DNA of 64,000 bases from the human T2T-CHM13v2.0 reference genome, Homo sapiens: assembly GCF_009914755.1 (NCBI RefSeq), contig NC_060931.1; one strand, 5' to 3'. The position numbers were made by a program, and so were the translations under genes. The notes beneath the pieces were generated by a model, which searched no databases, had not been told where the DNA came from, and saw only the letters and a program-made list of their open reading frames with translations. Below, piece after piece: positions 16,438-31,868 of the stretch (positions are counted from its first letter, which is position 1; the number at the start of each line of letters is the position of its first letter).

Positions 16438-17400
16438 TTACATTATTTAATTTCACATTATTTAATTTACACAAAATTTATATTTGTGTTTGTAAGATTC
16501 ATACCTGTTGACATCTGTGTTTCTAGGAGTTTGTTTTCACTGTTGTAGAGTCTTCCTTTAAATGGATGTGCCAAAAATTATTCATCCATTCTCATAATTA
16601 TTTTCTGATTTTTATTACAGTTGGTACAGTGCCCACATACCTTCACATACCTAAGTGTAAAAATATTTCTGAGTTTTATATACTCATATTTATGTCTAGA
16701 ATTGTTGGATCATGTGATGTGTACTTCTCTGCTTTTTAAATATTGCTATGTTCTTCTCCAAATGAGTTTCAACAATGGAATCTCCCATTATAAGTGCTTG
16801 GGCTCCCATTACTGCACATCACAGCCAGTGTTTAGAATTTTCAGATAAAAAAAAATCCAGTCTTATCAATAACAAATTGTGCTCCATTATAATTTTAGTT
16901 TACATCTACCTGATTACTAACGATCAGTTTTTGCAAGTTTATGACCTGTTTGAATTTTCACATCTGTAACTTGCCTGCTTATATATTTTGTCCCTTTTGC
17001 TGTTGGGTTTTTACTTACTGATTGTCACAACTTTTCTGTTCAATATTCTGGGTAAAAATCCTTTCTTGGTAATATGAATCAAAGTATCCCCTTCTAGTCT
17101 GTGACTTTTTTATTTTAAGACTTTTCTATTTTTGCTTATCTGAAGTTTTGAATTTTACTGTAACTAAATTCATCAATATTTTTCTTCAGGTTTTGTTGTT
17201 TTTGTGAAGATTTTAATGAGTGTTTCTCTGCCTTGAAATAATAAAGATATCCTCCTTTTATAACTTTTTCCTAAAATTTTCAAAATTTTGCTTTTCACAT
17301 TTATTATTTTTAAAGCATTTGATTATTACTTATGATAAGAGCTGGGGATCCATTTTCCCAACATAAATAGGCAATTATGCTAGCTCAGTTTAATGACAGG
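16000..17400 (-). mobile_element. Ancient L1ME-like remnant
   Basis: T-rich degenerate L1 3' sequence in antisense (gaattgttggatcat, gagctggggatccattttc). Confidence 0.55.
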
Positions 17401-18230
17401 ATCTTACTAAATAGTTTAATGAGTGATTTGTAGGCCTGTTGGCTAAAGCCTGTGAGTGCTGAGTCACAATGAGCATTTGCAAAAATGAAGTTGAATAGGA
17501 AATATAAAAGTGAATCACATGGAATTTTAAAATGTAACTATGTATTTTTCAATAACTACCATGGGCAATTATGAAGAATAGCATGAGACAGACAGACATC
17601 ACATACGAAAAACACATGCCACTCCAGAAAAAATTATTCATTCCATCTTTTGCTCTCTGGAATTTCATCTGATTTTCTGGTTTTTAGAAGATCAATTTGA
17701 TCATCGCCTCAGTGGAATGGTTAACCTTATATATTTAACTTTATATTTACCTAATCCAAATTAAATTTAAAGCAAAATGCAGGAGATATTAGTCCACAGC
17801 AAAATTAATGAGAGTTTTTGCTAAATTTTAATGATCGAAAATCAATATCAAGGATACCATTTTTAAAATCTTTAACAATTGCACCACTTCAATAAAAGCA
17901 GTATAAAGTGACCTTTAAATGGGATTTTTTATTTTTTTTGGTAATTGGTAGAAAAAAGAATGAAATGGAAATACACAACGCTGTACTCAAGTCTGACTAC
18001 TGGATCTAGAAATGCAAATAGTGACAGTACGGAGAAGAATATTGAGTCTTGTCAGAAAACTACCATTTTATTGAACCATATCTAAAAATGATGTGCAAGA
18101 TTTTTGATAAAATTTATTTAAAGTATGGTTTTGCCAAATGTGTAAAATACCCCACTATAGACTCCAACGTGTAAATTGAATGGTAATCGTTTAAATAAAA
18201 GATTGAAATATTTAAAAATTTAACATTATT

Positions 18231-18535
<305 letters not shown>

Positions 18536-18884
18536 GATTCTTGTTCATATAGCAAGCTGAAGTTGATGATAATTCCATTTGAATACATTTTTTAAAATGT
18601 AATTTTTTTCTACTAATTCTTAACATGTGAATGTTAGTTCTAAAACTTTATTGGTATATTGGTATTTTTAATTTACATATCATGTGGTAAAATGGCAAAT
18701 AGCTCAGGGAGATGATAATTTTTTTATTCCAGTTTACATAGATCCACTTAATTTGTTGATTATAAGTCAGCTGGCAAATGAAAAGCTATGTGGGTTAGTC
18801 AGCACTGCCACATCTCAGAATTCTTCAGCATACTATTCACAGTGGAAGCCTCCTGTACGTAAATGTTCCTTCCAAGAGCTCACA

Positions 18885-19145
18885 CAAAGACCTATATGTG
18901 AACGTTTATAACAGCTTTATTCATGATCTCCAAAACCCAGAAACAACCAAGATGCCCTTCAGCAGGTAAATAGATAAAGATACTAGAGTATGCCCATACA
19001 ATGGAATACTACTCAGCAATGAAAAAGAACAAACACAACACACAACAATATAAATGAATCTGAAATACATTTTGAAAGCAGCCAGACCCAAAAATTTATT
19101 ATATGATTCCATTTATTTGACATTCTGGAGAAAGCAAACTACATC
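18885..19145 (+). mobile_element. L1MC/MD-type 3' fragment
   Basis: atacaatggaatactactcagcaatgaaaaagaac, atgattccatttat. Confidence 0.65.
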
Positions 19146-19301
19146 CTTAAATAGTCTCTGTTTAAAATCACAAACCTTTAAAGGACAATTCCTATGAGAT
19201 ATCTGTGAAGGCTTTTGTCTTAATTAGAGAAATACTGTAATAATTTGATGTTTATTAACTTAATATAAATAACCCAGTTGCCTCTCTTCTCTTTTTTGAA
19301 G

Positions 19302-19343
19302 TGTGAGTTCAAGTTCTAGAAGTAAATATATTCCTCTCTATAC
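19302..19343 (+). CDS. SPMIP7: SPMIP7/SPATA48 coding exon (42 nt): VSSSSRSKYIPLY(T)
   Basis: Long pyrimidine tract + gaag|, donor ac|gtaagt; symmetric phase 2/2. Confidence 0.88.
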
Positions 19344-19527
19344 GTAAGTAATGTTTCTCAGTCTTGTAAAAAAATTTTAGATTTATATTTTGGTTGTAGT
19401 TGCTTTCAGCTCACGCATGTTGTATTCACTTTTTAAGACAACTTATATATTGTAACACATTTCTAATGTTTGTGTGGCACACAGTGCCTGTTTAATGTCA
19501 GAAGTCCCATCTAAGGTTTGATTTTGA

Positions 19528-19588
19528 TGAAAGAAAGAAAGAAAAGAAAGAAACAAAGAAGGAAGGAAGGAAAGAAAGAGAGAAAGAG
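19528..19588. repeat. (GAAA)n/(GGAA)n purine tract
   Basis: Directly visible. Confidence 0.9.
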
Positions 19589-20335
19589 TGGTATTTTTCT
19601 GTTTTTCCAAATACATTACCTTTTGAAATAAAATACCTTGGATGCTACCACTATTGAGTGTTATGAATCACAAAAACCGTTATAATTGCAGAAGGGATGA
19701 GATGCTCATTAACAGCATGGAAATATCACCTCTTAATTTCTACATTTAATGCCGGCTTTCCATGGATGGCAAAAAAAAGTACATTATCTGCCAGTTGGGG
19801 TCTTCTCCTGGTTTTTAGATGGAAGAAGAACCTTGAAACAAAACAAAGTAGATCCAAGAATATGGAGGAGGGATCTGGACCTTTAGTCCTGGCCCACCCC
19901 TCTCATTACTCGGCCTCTTCAGTTCTGCAGTTGACTAGTGTTTCTACCAGTGGCCCCAGAAGTCCTTGAAACTCTCTGATTGGCATTAACTCAGCCTCTC
20001 AACTTTCTCTCAGGCCCAGGGGCACGTGGCTTGTTGCCCAAGCTCCTCTGCACCTGTGAGGGTTTCCATTCACCAGGAGCCTTATAATCTCTGGCACACA
20101 CCAGCCTCTTCCTTGCCCAGCCTCCAGCCGGTCTCCAAAGGAGTTGTGCTGGGGCTGCAGGAACAGCCCGCTTCTTTGTTCAGAAACACAAAACAGCCCT
20201 TACTGTCACTCTGGCTCAAACTTAAGATCAAGGAGCATGCCACCGCTCATTCTGAAGAAGAGAAAATTATCTTTATATTTTTTAAGGAAAATTGTTCTAT
20301 CATTATGCTTTACATTTTGCATTTTGAGCCTTTGA

Positions 20336-20551
<216 letters not shown>

Positions 20552-20887
20552 TGAGTTCCATTCATGATTATTTCACTTGTTTTATTACTAAGGATGAAAC
20601 ATGATGATGGACTTTACCATAAATGAAGGAATTTAAACGTGGCTTTTATTGAACATTGCTGAAGAAGAAAGATACCTGCTTCCTAAAAGAAATGTGGTTT
20701 GTCACAAAGGAGATTTTGGGGATTGACTCACTTGGGGCCCTTGAGCAAGTCACTTTATCTCTGTGACTTCAGTTTCTTCATCTGAAACTTGTGAGAAAAA
20801 AAATGCCACCAAGCGAGGTGATCGTGGGGGGATCAATAATGTTTGTAAAGTATCTGAGACGCGGCAGATCACTAACAGAGAGGAATC

Positions 20888-20889
<2 letters not shown>

Positions 20890-20920
<31 letters not shown>

Positions 20921-21199
20921 AGACGGAGTCTCACTCAGTCGCCCAGGCTGGAGTGCGGTGGTGCAATCTCGGCTCACTGCAGACACCGCCTCCTGGATTC
21001 ACGCCATTCTCCTGCCTCATCCTCCCAGTAGCTGGGACTACAGGCGCCTGCCATCACGCCCTGCTAATTTTTTCTATTTTTAGTAGAGAGGGGGTTTCAC
21101 TGTGTTAGCCAGGATGGTCTCGATCTCCTGACCCTGTGATCCGCCCGCCTCGGCTTCCCAAAGTGCTGGGATTACAGGAGTGAACCACCGCGCCCAGCC
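20890..21199 (-). mobile_element. AluY with 16-bp TSD gagaggaatcactttt
   Basis: AluY diagnostics (cacgccattctcc, ttagccaggatggtctcgatctcc); ~30-nt pure T tail; TSD 20878-20893 and 21200-21215. Confidence 0.95.
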
Positions 21200-22331
21200 G
21201 AGAGGAATCACTTTTACACATAGGAACTTGAAGGCTGTCGTGCTGTGCTTCGTCCTGAGGAAGGAGTCAGTGGGCTGGATTCTTCCATACATTCTGCAAG
21301 GAAATCATTGCTACTACACATAATAATTCTAAAAATCTAAAGGAAGGATATAGGAAGAAAGCTAATTTAAAATATTCAGGCACAACAATTTAGGATTGTT
21401 TCTTCTTTGATACGTATATCTAAATTTTGAAATGTTGTATGAAATATTCTTTCTAAAGAATCAAAACATATTATTTGGGGTCATTTCTTCAAAGAGAGTG
21501 AAGAGCAGTATGGCAACATTTTAAAGATTTGGTGTAAAAATGAACCACTTAACTTCAATAAATTTGGGCATATAGCATTCCTGCCTCATCTTGCTGTTAA
21601 TTTCTGTTTTTAAGCAAATGATATTTTGAGCGAATCATATAAAAGAATTGAAGACATTAACTGTACTTACCTGATTTGGGCACTAGAGGGCCTCCAAGGT
21701 TGCAAAGTTTCTTCTTTTGATTCGCTTTCAATTTTTAACGGAATCTTAACCTGTTAACACAAAGAAATGTTTTTCATTTTTATTTATAAAATATTTATAG
21801 ACACAGAAAGATATAGTGTCACATATAACATATCAAATAACGTAAGTAAACTCCTGTGTATCCCCCACCTAGTAACATACAGAATCTTACTCAAATCTTT
21901 TCAGCCATGTGTGTGGCCCCAATCTCATTGCCCATGCCTTCTGCTTCCCCAGCTCAGAAGCTATACTCATTAGACTTTATGCCTTTCTTTTGCTTACTTT
22001 TCTTTCTAGTTTTGATACATACATATGAATCTCTAAACAAATTATTATGTAGTTTCCACAATACTGCTTGAGCTACAAAGCAAAGTACAGGAGAATATAA
22101 ACAATATGATGTCATTTGCATAGGAGCACATGCGCCTACTTTGTGCCAAGTAAGGTACAGAGAGCCATCCTATTGAAAGCAAATATGTCTCTTCTTGAAT
22201 TTTTTTCATCTTAAAGTTTCTTGAAGAGAAATGGCTTTATGATAGTATCTTTAGGGTCCTTTTTAATGATTGGTGGCACTTAATCATGGCTGGGAAACAC
22301 TGCTATACCCCTGCCTTTTCAGTGAAAGCCA

Positions 22332-22633
<302 letters not shown>

Positions 22634-24147
22634 CAAAAACCGTATTTCAGGCAAGGGTCAAGGCCATTTACTCTCTAGTTCAAGTGGCTTCAGCATTGGA
22701 ATCACCAATTTTTCTACAGGGCAAAAGTTTTAAAAATTTCCTTCATTAGTTGATTTTGTTTTATGGTTACTAAGTCATCTGACATGCTCTGTGTTTTTTA
22801 TATTGGTAGTGATTGTTCTAATAGCTTAAAAATAGTAGTTTTTATTTTTATTGTAGAACTGAATCTGATCATTAAAGAAAAAGTATAGAAATATTAATAA
22901 CAATGACAATATAACCAAACTCTTATTCATAACCATTATTAACATTTTGGCATATTTCCATCTGTCATACACACTTCTAATCTTGCTTTTGTATATTTAC
23001 ATAGCTATGATCACACTACACAGAACATTTTTACCACTATAACATTACCACATAATTATGGGTACATGTTTTTATGAGCTTATCATAGCTTCTATTTGTG
23101 TAGATGTACTGTAACTGCCTCATTCACTTAGGTTACATATGTAAATTGTTTCCATATTCTTTATATGACTCTTTCTTGATTTGAAATTATTTACTTAAGT
23201 GACATTCCTTCAAAAGGATTCTGGGGTCAGAATATGTAAACATTCTTAAAAAGTTCTTAAACTTATGGCTATCATTTTCTTGAAGTGTTATGTGAATTTA
23301 CAGAGGTTTGGTGAGCCAATGGTTATGCTCAGTATTTATGCTCACCTTTAATAGTAACATTGAAGCTCCACAAATAACTTTTTTCCAAAAGTGTTCATTA
23401 TGAAAATAATTCAGATATTTTTGAAGTGTAGAAAGTAAAATATCTCTTTCATTTTCAATCCCAATATTAAAAGTTTGATTTCTTTTTAGACTCTTCCCCT
23501 CATGCATTTATGAATGTGTGCAACATATATGTACAAGTGTATTGTGTGTGCATGGATAGGTGGAGTGTATGTGTGTATGTAAGATTGAAATATGCACTAG
23601 ATATTTTTGCATATTAAAATCTTTTTAATGGCTAGATGTATCCCACCAAATCTATAACAAGTTTATATTGCCCAAGCCCTGAATACTTTTCTTGTTGTAA
23701 ACAATATAGCAAAAACAGCCTCTACATATATGTTTGTACACTTATCCATGCATTCTTTTGGAACAAATCACTAAAAATGAAATTGTTGCCTGAGTTTTCT
23801 TATTAAAATTATTTTTGAATTTGGTAGGCATGCCCAGTTACTAAATGGCATTTAGAGTTCAGGAACTCAAAATGTTAACGCAGTTTCTACTGCAGTTCCT
23901 AACTTATTATAACTTGAGACTAGTTTAGGAAATAGAAAGAATCCAAAATAGTCATTGGGTTCAACAAAAATTATTGAAGCTCAGTATAGCTAAACAATTA
24001 TCTTTGTTTCTTCAACAAACATGAACTGTTGACCGGATCTGGGTAGTGTTCAGGAATTTTTTTAAAATGATGCAAATTCATCCGCACTTATAATCTGTGT
24101 CAAGCAGAAAGTTAAGGTAAGACTGAGATGAGAATCCTGCTTTTTCA

Positions 24148-24456
<309 letters not shown>

Positions 24457-24715
24457 TCAAATCTGTTGTTTTTATCCTCTTCAGTATAAGATCCATATTC
24501 TTTGCAAGGGCTCGGTGAACAAGTTTGAAGATAAGCTCAGTCCCTTTTAGTAACCATTTTACAGTCCCATATAATTTCAGTGCTTTGCAGTCATGAGTCA
24601 TCAGTACAAGGAACATAAAAATTGAATCATCTGTAATGGCAGATCTCTGTCCTTTCCCAAGGATATGGAAAGAGTGTTGGGGTACTTTTTCTTTTGTAAC
24701 AGACTCTATTGTAGA

Positions 24716-24760
24716 TTATATATACATATATATATATGTATATATATATGTGCGTGTGTG

Positions 24761-24823
<63 letters not shown>
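24716..24823. repeat. Compound (TA)n/(TG)n microsatellite
   Basis: Directly visible. Confidence 0.97.
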
Positions 24824-24826
<3 letters not shown>

Positions 24827-25339
24827 TTACATATATGGGAGAGAGCCCTGAGATCTAACATATATGCATCTCACACTTGTATTTCCAAAGAATAAACAGG
24901 CTCAGCAAAGGTGAGGTGCAGGCCCAGCTAACAGAGCAGCACAGCCCATGCCTTCTGAACCCAAACCCAGCACTTGCAGTCACCATTTGCTTGTTTTTCC
25001 AAACTAGGCAGCTGCCTATGAGGTACCATCCTCCACTAAGTTATAATCTTTTATCTCAGGACGTTACAAGGTTTCATATTTACTGTGCTTTTTGACCTCA
25101 ATGATTGCTCTGAGGAAGCATTTGCAAATAAAGAGGAATTGTCCAACATGGACCCCCAGGCAGCCCCTGGCACATGTCTCCCATGGAAAAGGGGGCTTCC
25201 CTGTCAGTCGCTGGACTGTGTTGCAGCTTAACAAAATTTTACCACAACCCAGGTTAAAGAATAACTCTATGAATAGTAGTTCCTTAGATCAGCCCAATAC
25301 TTCTGCCTTTTCAGACTACTTTCACACACTCCCTCATTT

Positions 25340-25510
25340 GTTTTTCAAATAGTGTGATGAGGCCAGAAATGAAGGTGCAAGTTCTATCCCCATTTTGCAG
25401 ATGAGGAGGCTGAGGCCAGAGGAAATGGCATAAAGAGCCAAGATCACTCATTTCATGAGTGGTAAAAAGTCCAGAGAACTGGCCTCTTAATCCCCAGGGC
25501 AAGCTCTTGC
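25340..25510 (-). mobile_element. MIR
   Basis: tatccccattttgcagatgaggaggctgaggc MIR core. Confidence 0.7.
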
Positions 25511-26499
25511 CTTAACTCACATTAAACGTGGCTTCTGCCTTTGGCAAATAATGGGTTCTTGGAGCTTTGAGTTATACTGTTTCTACATTCCCTCCTAAAT
25601 GGAAGAATTGAAGATCCCAAGAACACAGGAGGAAAGAATATACCCACCAGATGAAGAGAATAATCAATAAACCTGCAATTCCTAAAAAATATCTTGTGGC
25701 CACGACATCTTATGATATTCAGAAAAATGCAATCCAGTGATCAAAGTCATTGCAAAATGATTCCAGTTTTATTTGCATTTGTCATTGAACAATAAAATCA
25801 GACAAACCCCAACTCACAATGGACTCCTGTCTTTTCCCCTCCAGCCACATCTGCCTCACAGTTCTCTGCAGTCCTTCCCTTCTCTCAGCCCTCTGGGCTG
25901 ACCCTCCCTAAAGTCCAAGCCTGGAATTTACTACTCTTCCTCCGTCTCCCACTTTCTGCTCCCCTTGCCCACCCTAACTTCCATCCATGACCTGCTGCTC
26001 CTCTCACATGGGTCTGCACCTGCTGCATGCTGGGCACTGTGCCAGGCCTTTACTTGCATCACATCGCCCCCAGCACCCTCCAAGGGAGTGCATCTACCCT
26101 GACTGATGGCCAATTATAGGTGAGGATGCCTGAGAAAACTTCAGTTGAGGTCTAAGTTCACACAGCTGGTCAGGGCAGCCCTGGAATTAAATGTGTCTGT
26201 CTCACACCCCCCTCCCTTATGTCGCATCCATGGTCTTTGTTCACTTGGGATCTTTAAACATTTAAATGTGCATTTTTTAAATTAAAAGTATTAGTGTGAA
26301 AGCTGTTGGGAGCTAAGTCAGCTTGATGTCTGCCTAGAACTGTAGCTGATATAGAATGGCTCTAAATAAAAGACTATCACATTGATTTGAACCTGCACTT
26401 ACACCCCACCCTGTATAATTGCAGCCCACTGTGAGCTAATGAGGCTCTCCTGGCTGGGCTGGGAGTAATGCCAATGGTCCTTCCTATTCAGTTCAGTTG

Positions 26500-26705
26500 C
26501 ACTGAGGTCCAGTTCTACCACTTGCCAGCTTGGTTGGTGCTGGCCATGATACTTAGACTTTCTCTGTGTCAGTTTCTTCATCTATAAAATGGACATGATC
26601 ATAGGACCTATGACACAAGATTGTTGTGAGAATTAAACAGTCAATTTACATCAAGCATTTAAAAGGGTGCCTGGAATATAGAACATACTCAATGACTATT
26701 AGTCA
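26500..26705 (+). mobile_element. MIR
   Basis: ctctgtgtcagtttcttcatctataaaatgg ... ttgtgagaattaaa. Confidence 0.75.
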
Positions 26706-27921
26706 TGTTTACAGTGTAGAGTGAGAATTTCTATGCATGCCTAAATTTTATGCACATATACAATACATATATTCTACGTATAACATGGTTTTCTCCACAT
26801 TTTTCCTCTCATATTTAACTTATATACCATCTGTGCTCCCTTCTTCTGAGTTACTAAACTTCTTGATTTTCTTAAATTACTTAATTTCTATTTTATCATG
26901 TTTGGTTGAGAACCAATTCATTGTAGACTTGGGCAATAATATATTCAAATTTATCAATTAGTGAACAAAATCCTGGCTTATTTGGAACTAGGGAGTACAA
27001 AATAAGGTATTTAAAGGACTAGAAGCTGTGGAGCAAAGGCAAAAATGAAGACTTCTTATTTTTAAGTGGGTCTCTGCGTCTCTCTACTTTCCTCAAATGG
27101 GGAGTGGAATTCTTTGAACATGCGACTAACCTGGAAATCCATTTCCCGGCTTGTATGTTTCAGTATCTTTAATAGCTTTGTTCCCTCCAGCTGAAAAATA
27201 ATATCTCCTATCAGCAGCAGTCTAAAGTGTTCCCCAGAGAGTATTCTCCTCTTAATATAAGGTCGCTGTGTTGCACTTAAGATGGCAAAATTCCCCTTGT
27301 TATGGCCATATGTGCCAGGGTTAAATGGAGTAGATTTAGAAGCAGTGTGGGTGAGGACTTTCGTTTTCAAATATTTGGCAGTTTATTATGCAACTGAATT
27401 CATTCCCAAGACTGAGCAGCTAATCAGTCTACTCTTTCATGAAATGTTATTATTAAATATGATGTAATCTAATAGCATTAAGACAATGTAACATATGATA
27501 CCATTTAGCATCAATAACATGCATGCCACAGAGGCACAGAGGCTGTGCAATGTTTTTTATCAAGCCTTTCATGTGATTGACAGATGGCCTGCGTCCATCC
27601 CTCTGACTTCTTAACTGCTCTGATGGCAGGATATGACTTTAGAGGCATTTTAATTCTGCAGGTGTTTTCAAAGGCAGTGGAAAAAACCTTTCACACAGAT
27701 GGAGGGGATTTCCTTTGTAACATGCATGGAAGCTTTAATGAATGGTTGGGGGAGAGACACACGCATGAATAACTTTGCCTCATTCTGGGTTACCTCTCTA
27801 ACTTACAGCTGCACTTTTCCAACAAAATTCCAAAAAATCCTGCAGGGCGCTGCCTAGAATTCAGCAGCTTCAGTTCACTCACCTAGGTCCCTCCAGCAAG
27901 CTTGACAATGTGGCTGTAAAA

Positions 27922-28397
<476 letters not shown>

Positions 28398-30331
28398 CTT
28401 AGCATCTTTTCAGCTGTCTGTACTGGATAAACTTTGCAATCCCCATGTGCATGGCCCTTATTTTGTAAATGTTTTATTTCTTTAAATTACTGTATTTAAA
28501 CTGAAATTAGTTTAGCATCTATTAAGTGCTAACAATTTGCTAGCTGTTTTCATATTCATTGAAGTCTCCTCTAATCCCCAGAGTGCCCCTAAGAGGTTAG
28601 TGTTGTCCTCTTCATGCTGCAGTTGACCGAGCTGAAGCCCAGAGAGCTTTCTTCACTGGAGTAAAACCTCACAGTTGGTTAAGGGGCAGAGTCAGGCTTG
28701 CCACAGAAGCCTGCTTCTCGATGCAGTGGGCTGCCCCCACTCTTTAGCTGCCTTATTTTCCTAGTCTCACAAAATCTGTTATTTTGTACTGTTTATTCTG
28801 CTGTTGCCATAGATGTAATTTCCCTTCACTTTGTTAGTCTCTGGGTGTCCTTGATTATATCACCTGCAAGCCAATAAGTCATCACCAACAGAGTCATAAA
28901 TTACACAGCTGGAAGAGAATTAGGAGATTTATTAGTGCAATTCCCTGCCTGATATGTATTTTCCCCCTAACATTCTGATACTTGCACATAATCAATGTGG
29001 GAAGGACACCAAGAAATTGCAGTGTGAATCCTTCTCGTTTCCACTTCTCCCTCACCCAAGTCCTTCCGGTTGGTATCACTACCCGGGGTCAGGCTGAGGC
29101 TAGAAGGCTCCAAAAGACTATGTCCAGTCCAGATCCCAGAGATGACATGGGGAACCGGGGTCTGAATCTTCCTCCCAACCCTTAAGCACACACCCCTTTC
29201 ACTAACCTCTCTTCTGCCTGCCTTGTCACCTGATACTTTCAGGAGCAACTCCTATAAGCTCCAAATTTTGAAAATTACTCCTAAGATAAGTGGTTCCTGG
29301 AGAAGGCTTTGTTTGGCTTACTGGTCGTGTGGGAAGGTCATGGATATAACCAAGGCAGCCATTGAAGAACCATTCCTCCACCACCCACAGAGGTTTGCTT
29401 GTTGCTACTGTGTTGCATTTTGTCTGGGCACCAATTTTGAATAGGGAACCATGCCACAAGGATGTCCTGCTCTCAGAGAAAGGTCCAAGGATGGCAAGTG
29501 AAAGCCACTGAGATGAATGAAATTTGCAATCTGCCCACTGGCCCTTTCCTCCCTGGGGGCAAGTTCATGATGGTGGCCTTTCTTATTCCTCCCTGAGGCC
29601 AGCACAGTAAGCTGAGGCCATGGCGTTGATACGACTCTGCAAAGATGGTAGGCTATTACACAGAGCCTCATGATCTGTAAATGTTGTGTTCTTGGACTTT
29701 GAAATACAATTTAAATCTTATTTTCCTCAACTCCTTGCAGCACACAGGATGGAGCTTCATGCTGGGCCTGTCCCATAAGCCTTACCCACCTCCTAGGAAA
29801 TAATCTGTGTAAACCAACTTGTGTGCTATCATGGCAAGAATATTCATTATTCTTCACATTCCTTCCTCTGAACTACCTACTTAAGCCTTTCTCTTGAATG
29901 CTCGTTTGCCTTTTCTGGAGAGAGAGAGCTTTTATACACACTGAAGAACGGCTTCTTCACTCTTGTGTTTTCCTTTTATCTCCCACTGTCCCTGGTGGAG
30001 AAAAGAACAGGGAAGCAGAAGAGTCAGTGGAATTCAAACTAAACTGTTTAAATTCAAATTCTAAACAGACTGTTGTAGAATTAATGCTGGTGTACGTTTG
30101 TTTCCAATGGGCAATTTTAGGAAATCATCTGAAATTTACAATGCAGTACATTAATGGTGATAAGAAAGATATCTGATAAAAGTAACAATGCTATAAATGT
30201 AAGAGTGTATATTCATTAATATTAGAGTCTGCATTACAGAAATATGTGTGGGATACAGGTCTGCCACTCTGTCAAGACCTGGTATCTTCCTTCATTATGA
30301 AACAGAGCTCAGCAGTGAGTCATGTTTGTAA

Positions 30332-30718
<387 letters not shown>

Positions 30719-31224
30719 TAAGTATGAATCCTATTACTCAATTTGCTCAGATACATTAGGAGGGGAAATCCTAATTGTGTTTATTCCATTAAAGAACAAT
30801 TAAATAGTAAAAGCAAATTTACATTGTTTTTAAAAATGTGGCATCAAGTCCGAAACAGAAAAAAGATAATTTTCCATTTTCCTACTGAGGGGAACTTTAT
30901 TAAGCCTTGTATGTGCTTCCTTTTTGAATCTTACCCAAAATTACACTGAAAACCAGGTTTAGATTAATGTTATTATGAATGTGGCCAAAAGGGGCATATG
31001 AAGGTATTTCAGGCGCATTAGAGGAATGGCATCTTTACTTCTTAGACTCACAGCTGTGCACACACATCACCCTTCTGCATGACCATCAGAAGACACATGG
31101 AACATACATCAGATACATAGTTACTTCTTGTGAACAGCCACCTTACTTTTATAAAAGAAAAAATTCTGTTGAAAGTCACATATATTTTTAAACCCACATT
31201 TTGCAAATTGAAAGCAGGAGATGT

Positions 31225-31512
31225 GGCCAGGCATGGTGGCTCACGCCTGTAATCCCAGCACTTTGGGAGGCTGAGGTGGGCAGATCACTTGAGGTCAGGA
31301 GTTCGAGACTAGCCTGACTAACATTGTGAAACCTTGTCTCTACTAAAAATACAAAAATTAGCCAGTGTGGTGGTGGGCACCTGTAATCCCAGCTATTTGG
31401 GAGGCTGAGGCAGGAGAATCACTTGAACCTGGGAGGTGGCGGTTGCTGTGAAATGAGAGTGCCACTGCACTTCAGACTGGGCAACAGAGTGAGACTCCAT
31501 CTAAAAAAAAAA
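31225..31512 (+). mobile_element. AluS
   Basis: Full dimer; degenerate TSD gaaagcaggagatgt / gaaaacaggaaatgt. Confidence 0.95.
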
Positions 31513-31822
31513 TCCCAGAAAACAGGAAATGTTAGATGCAAGGTTACTGAAGATTCCTTTATTTGAAGCTACTAGTGAGAAGGAGCACATGGTTACTCAT
31601 TTATTATAACTCAAATTTGAAAGCACCTGATGGAATTCCTGGCATTGCAAACGGTTTTGAAAATGCAAACACAGTCTGAACGATGTCTAGTTGTTGGCCC
31701 AGTGCAGATGAATATGCTAGCACAGTAGGAAGGCAGACTAGAGGGACGGGAGTTCGCCCCCAAAAGGAGAGCTTGTTCTAGATCATATTCTTTTGGTAGA
31801 GGATTCATTCGTTTATCACACA

Positions 31823-31824
31823 TT

Positions 31825-31868
<44 letters not shown>

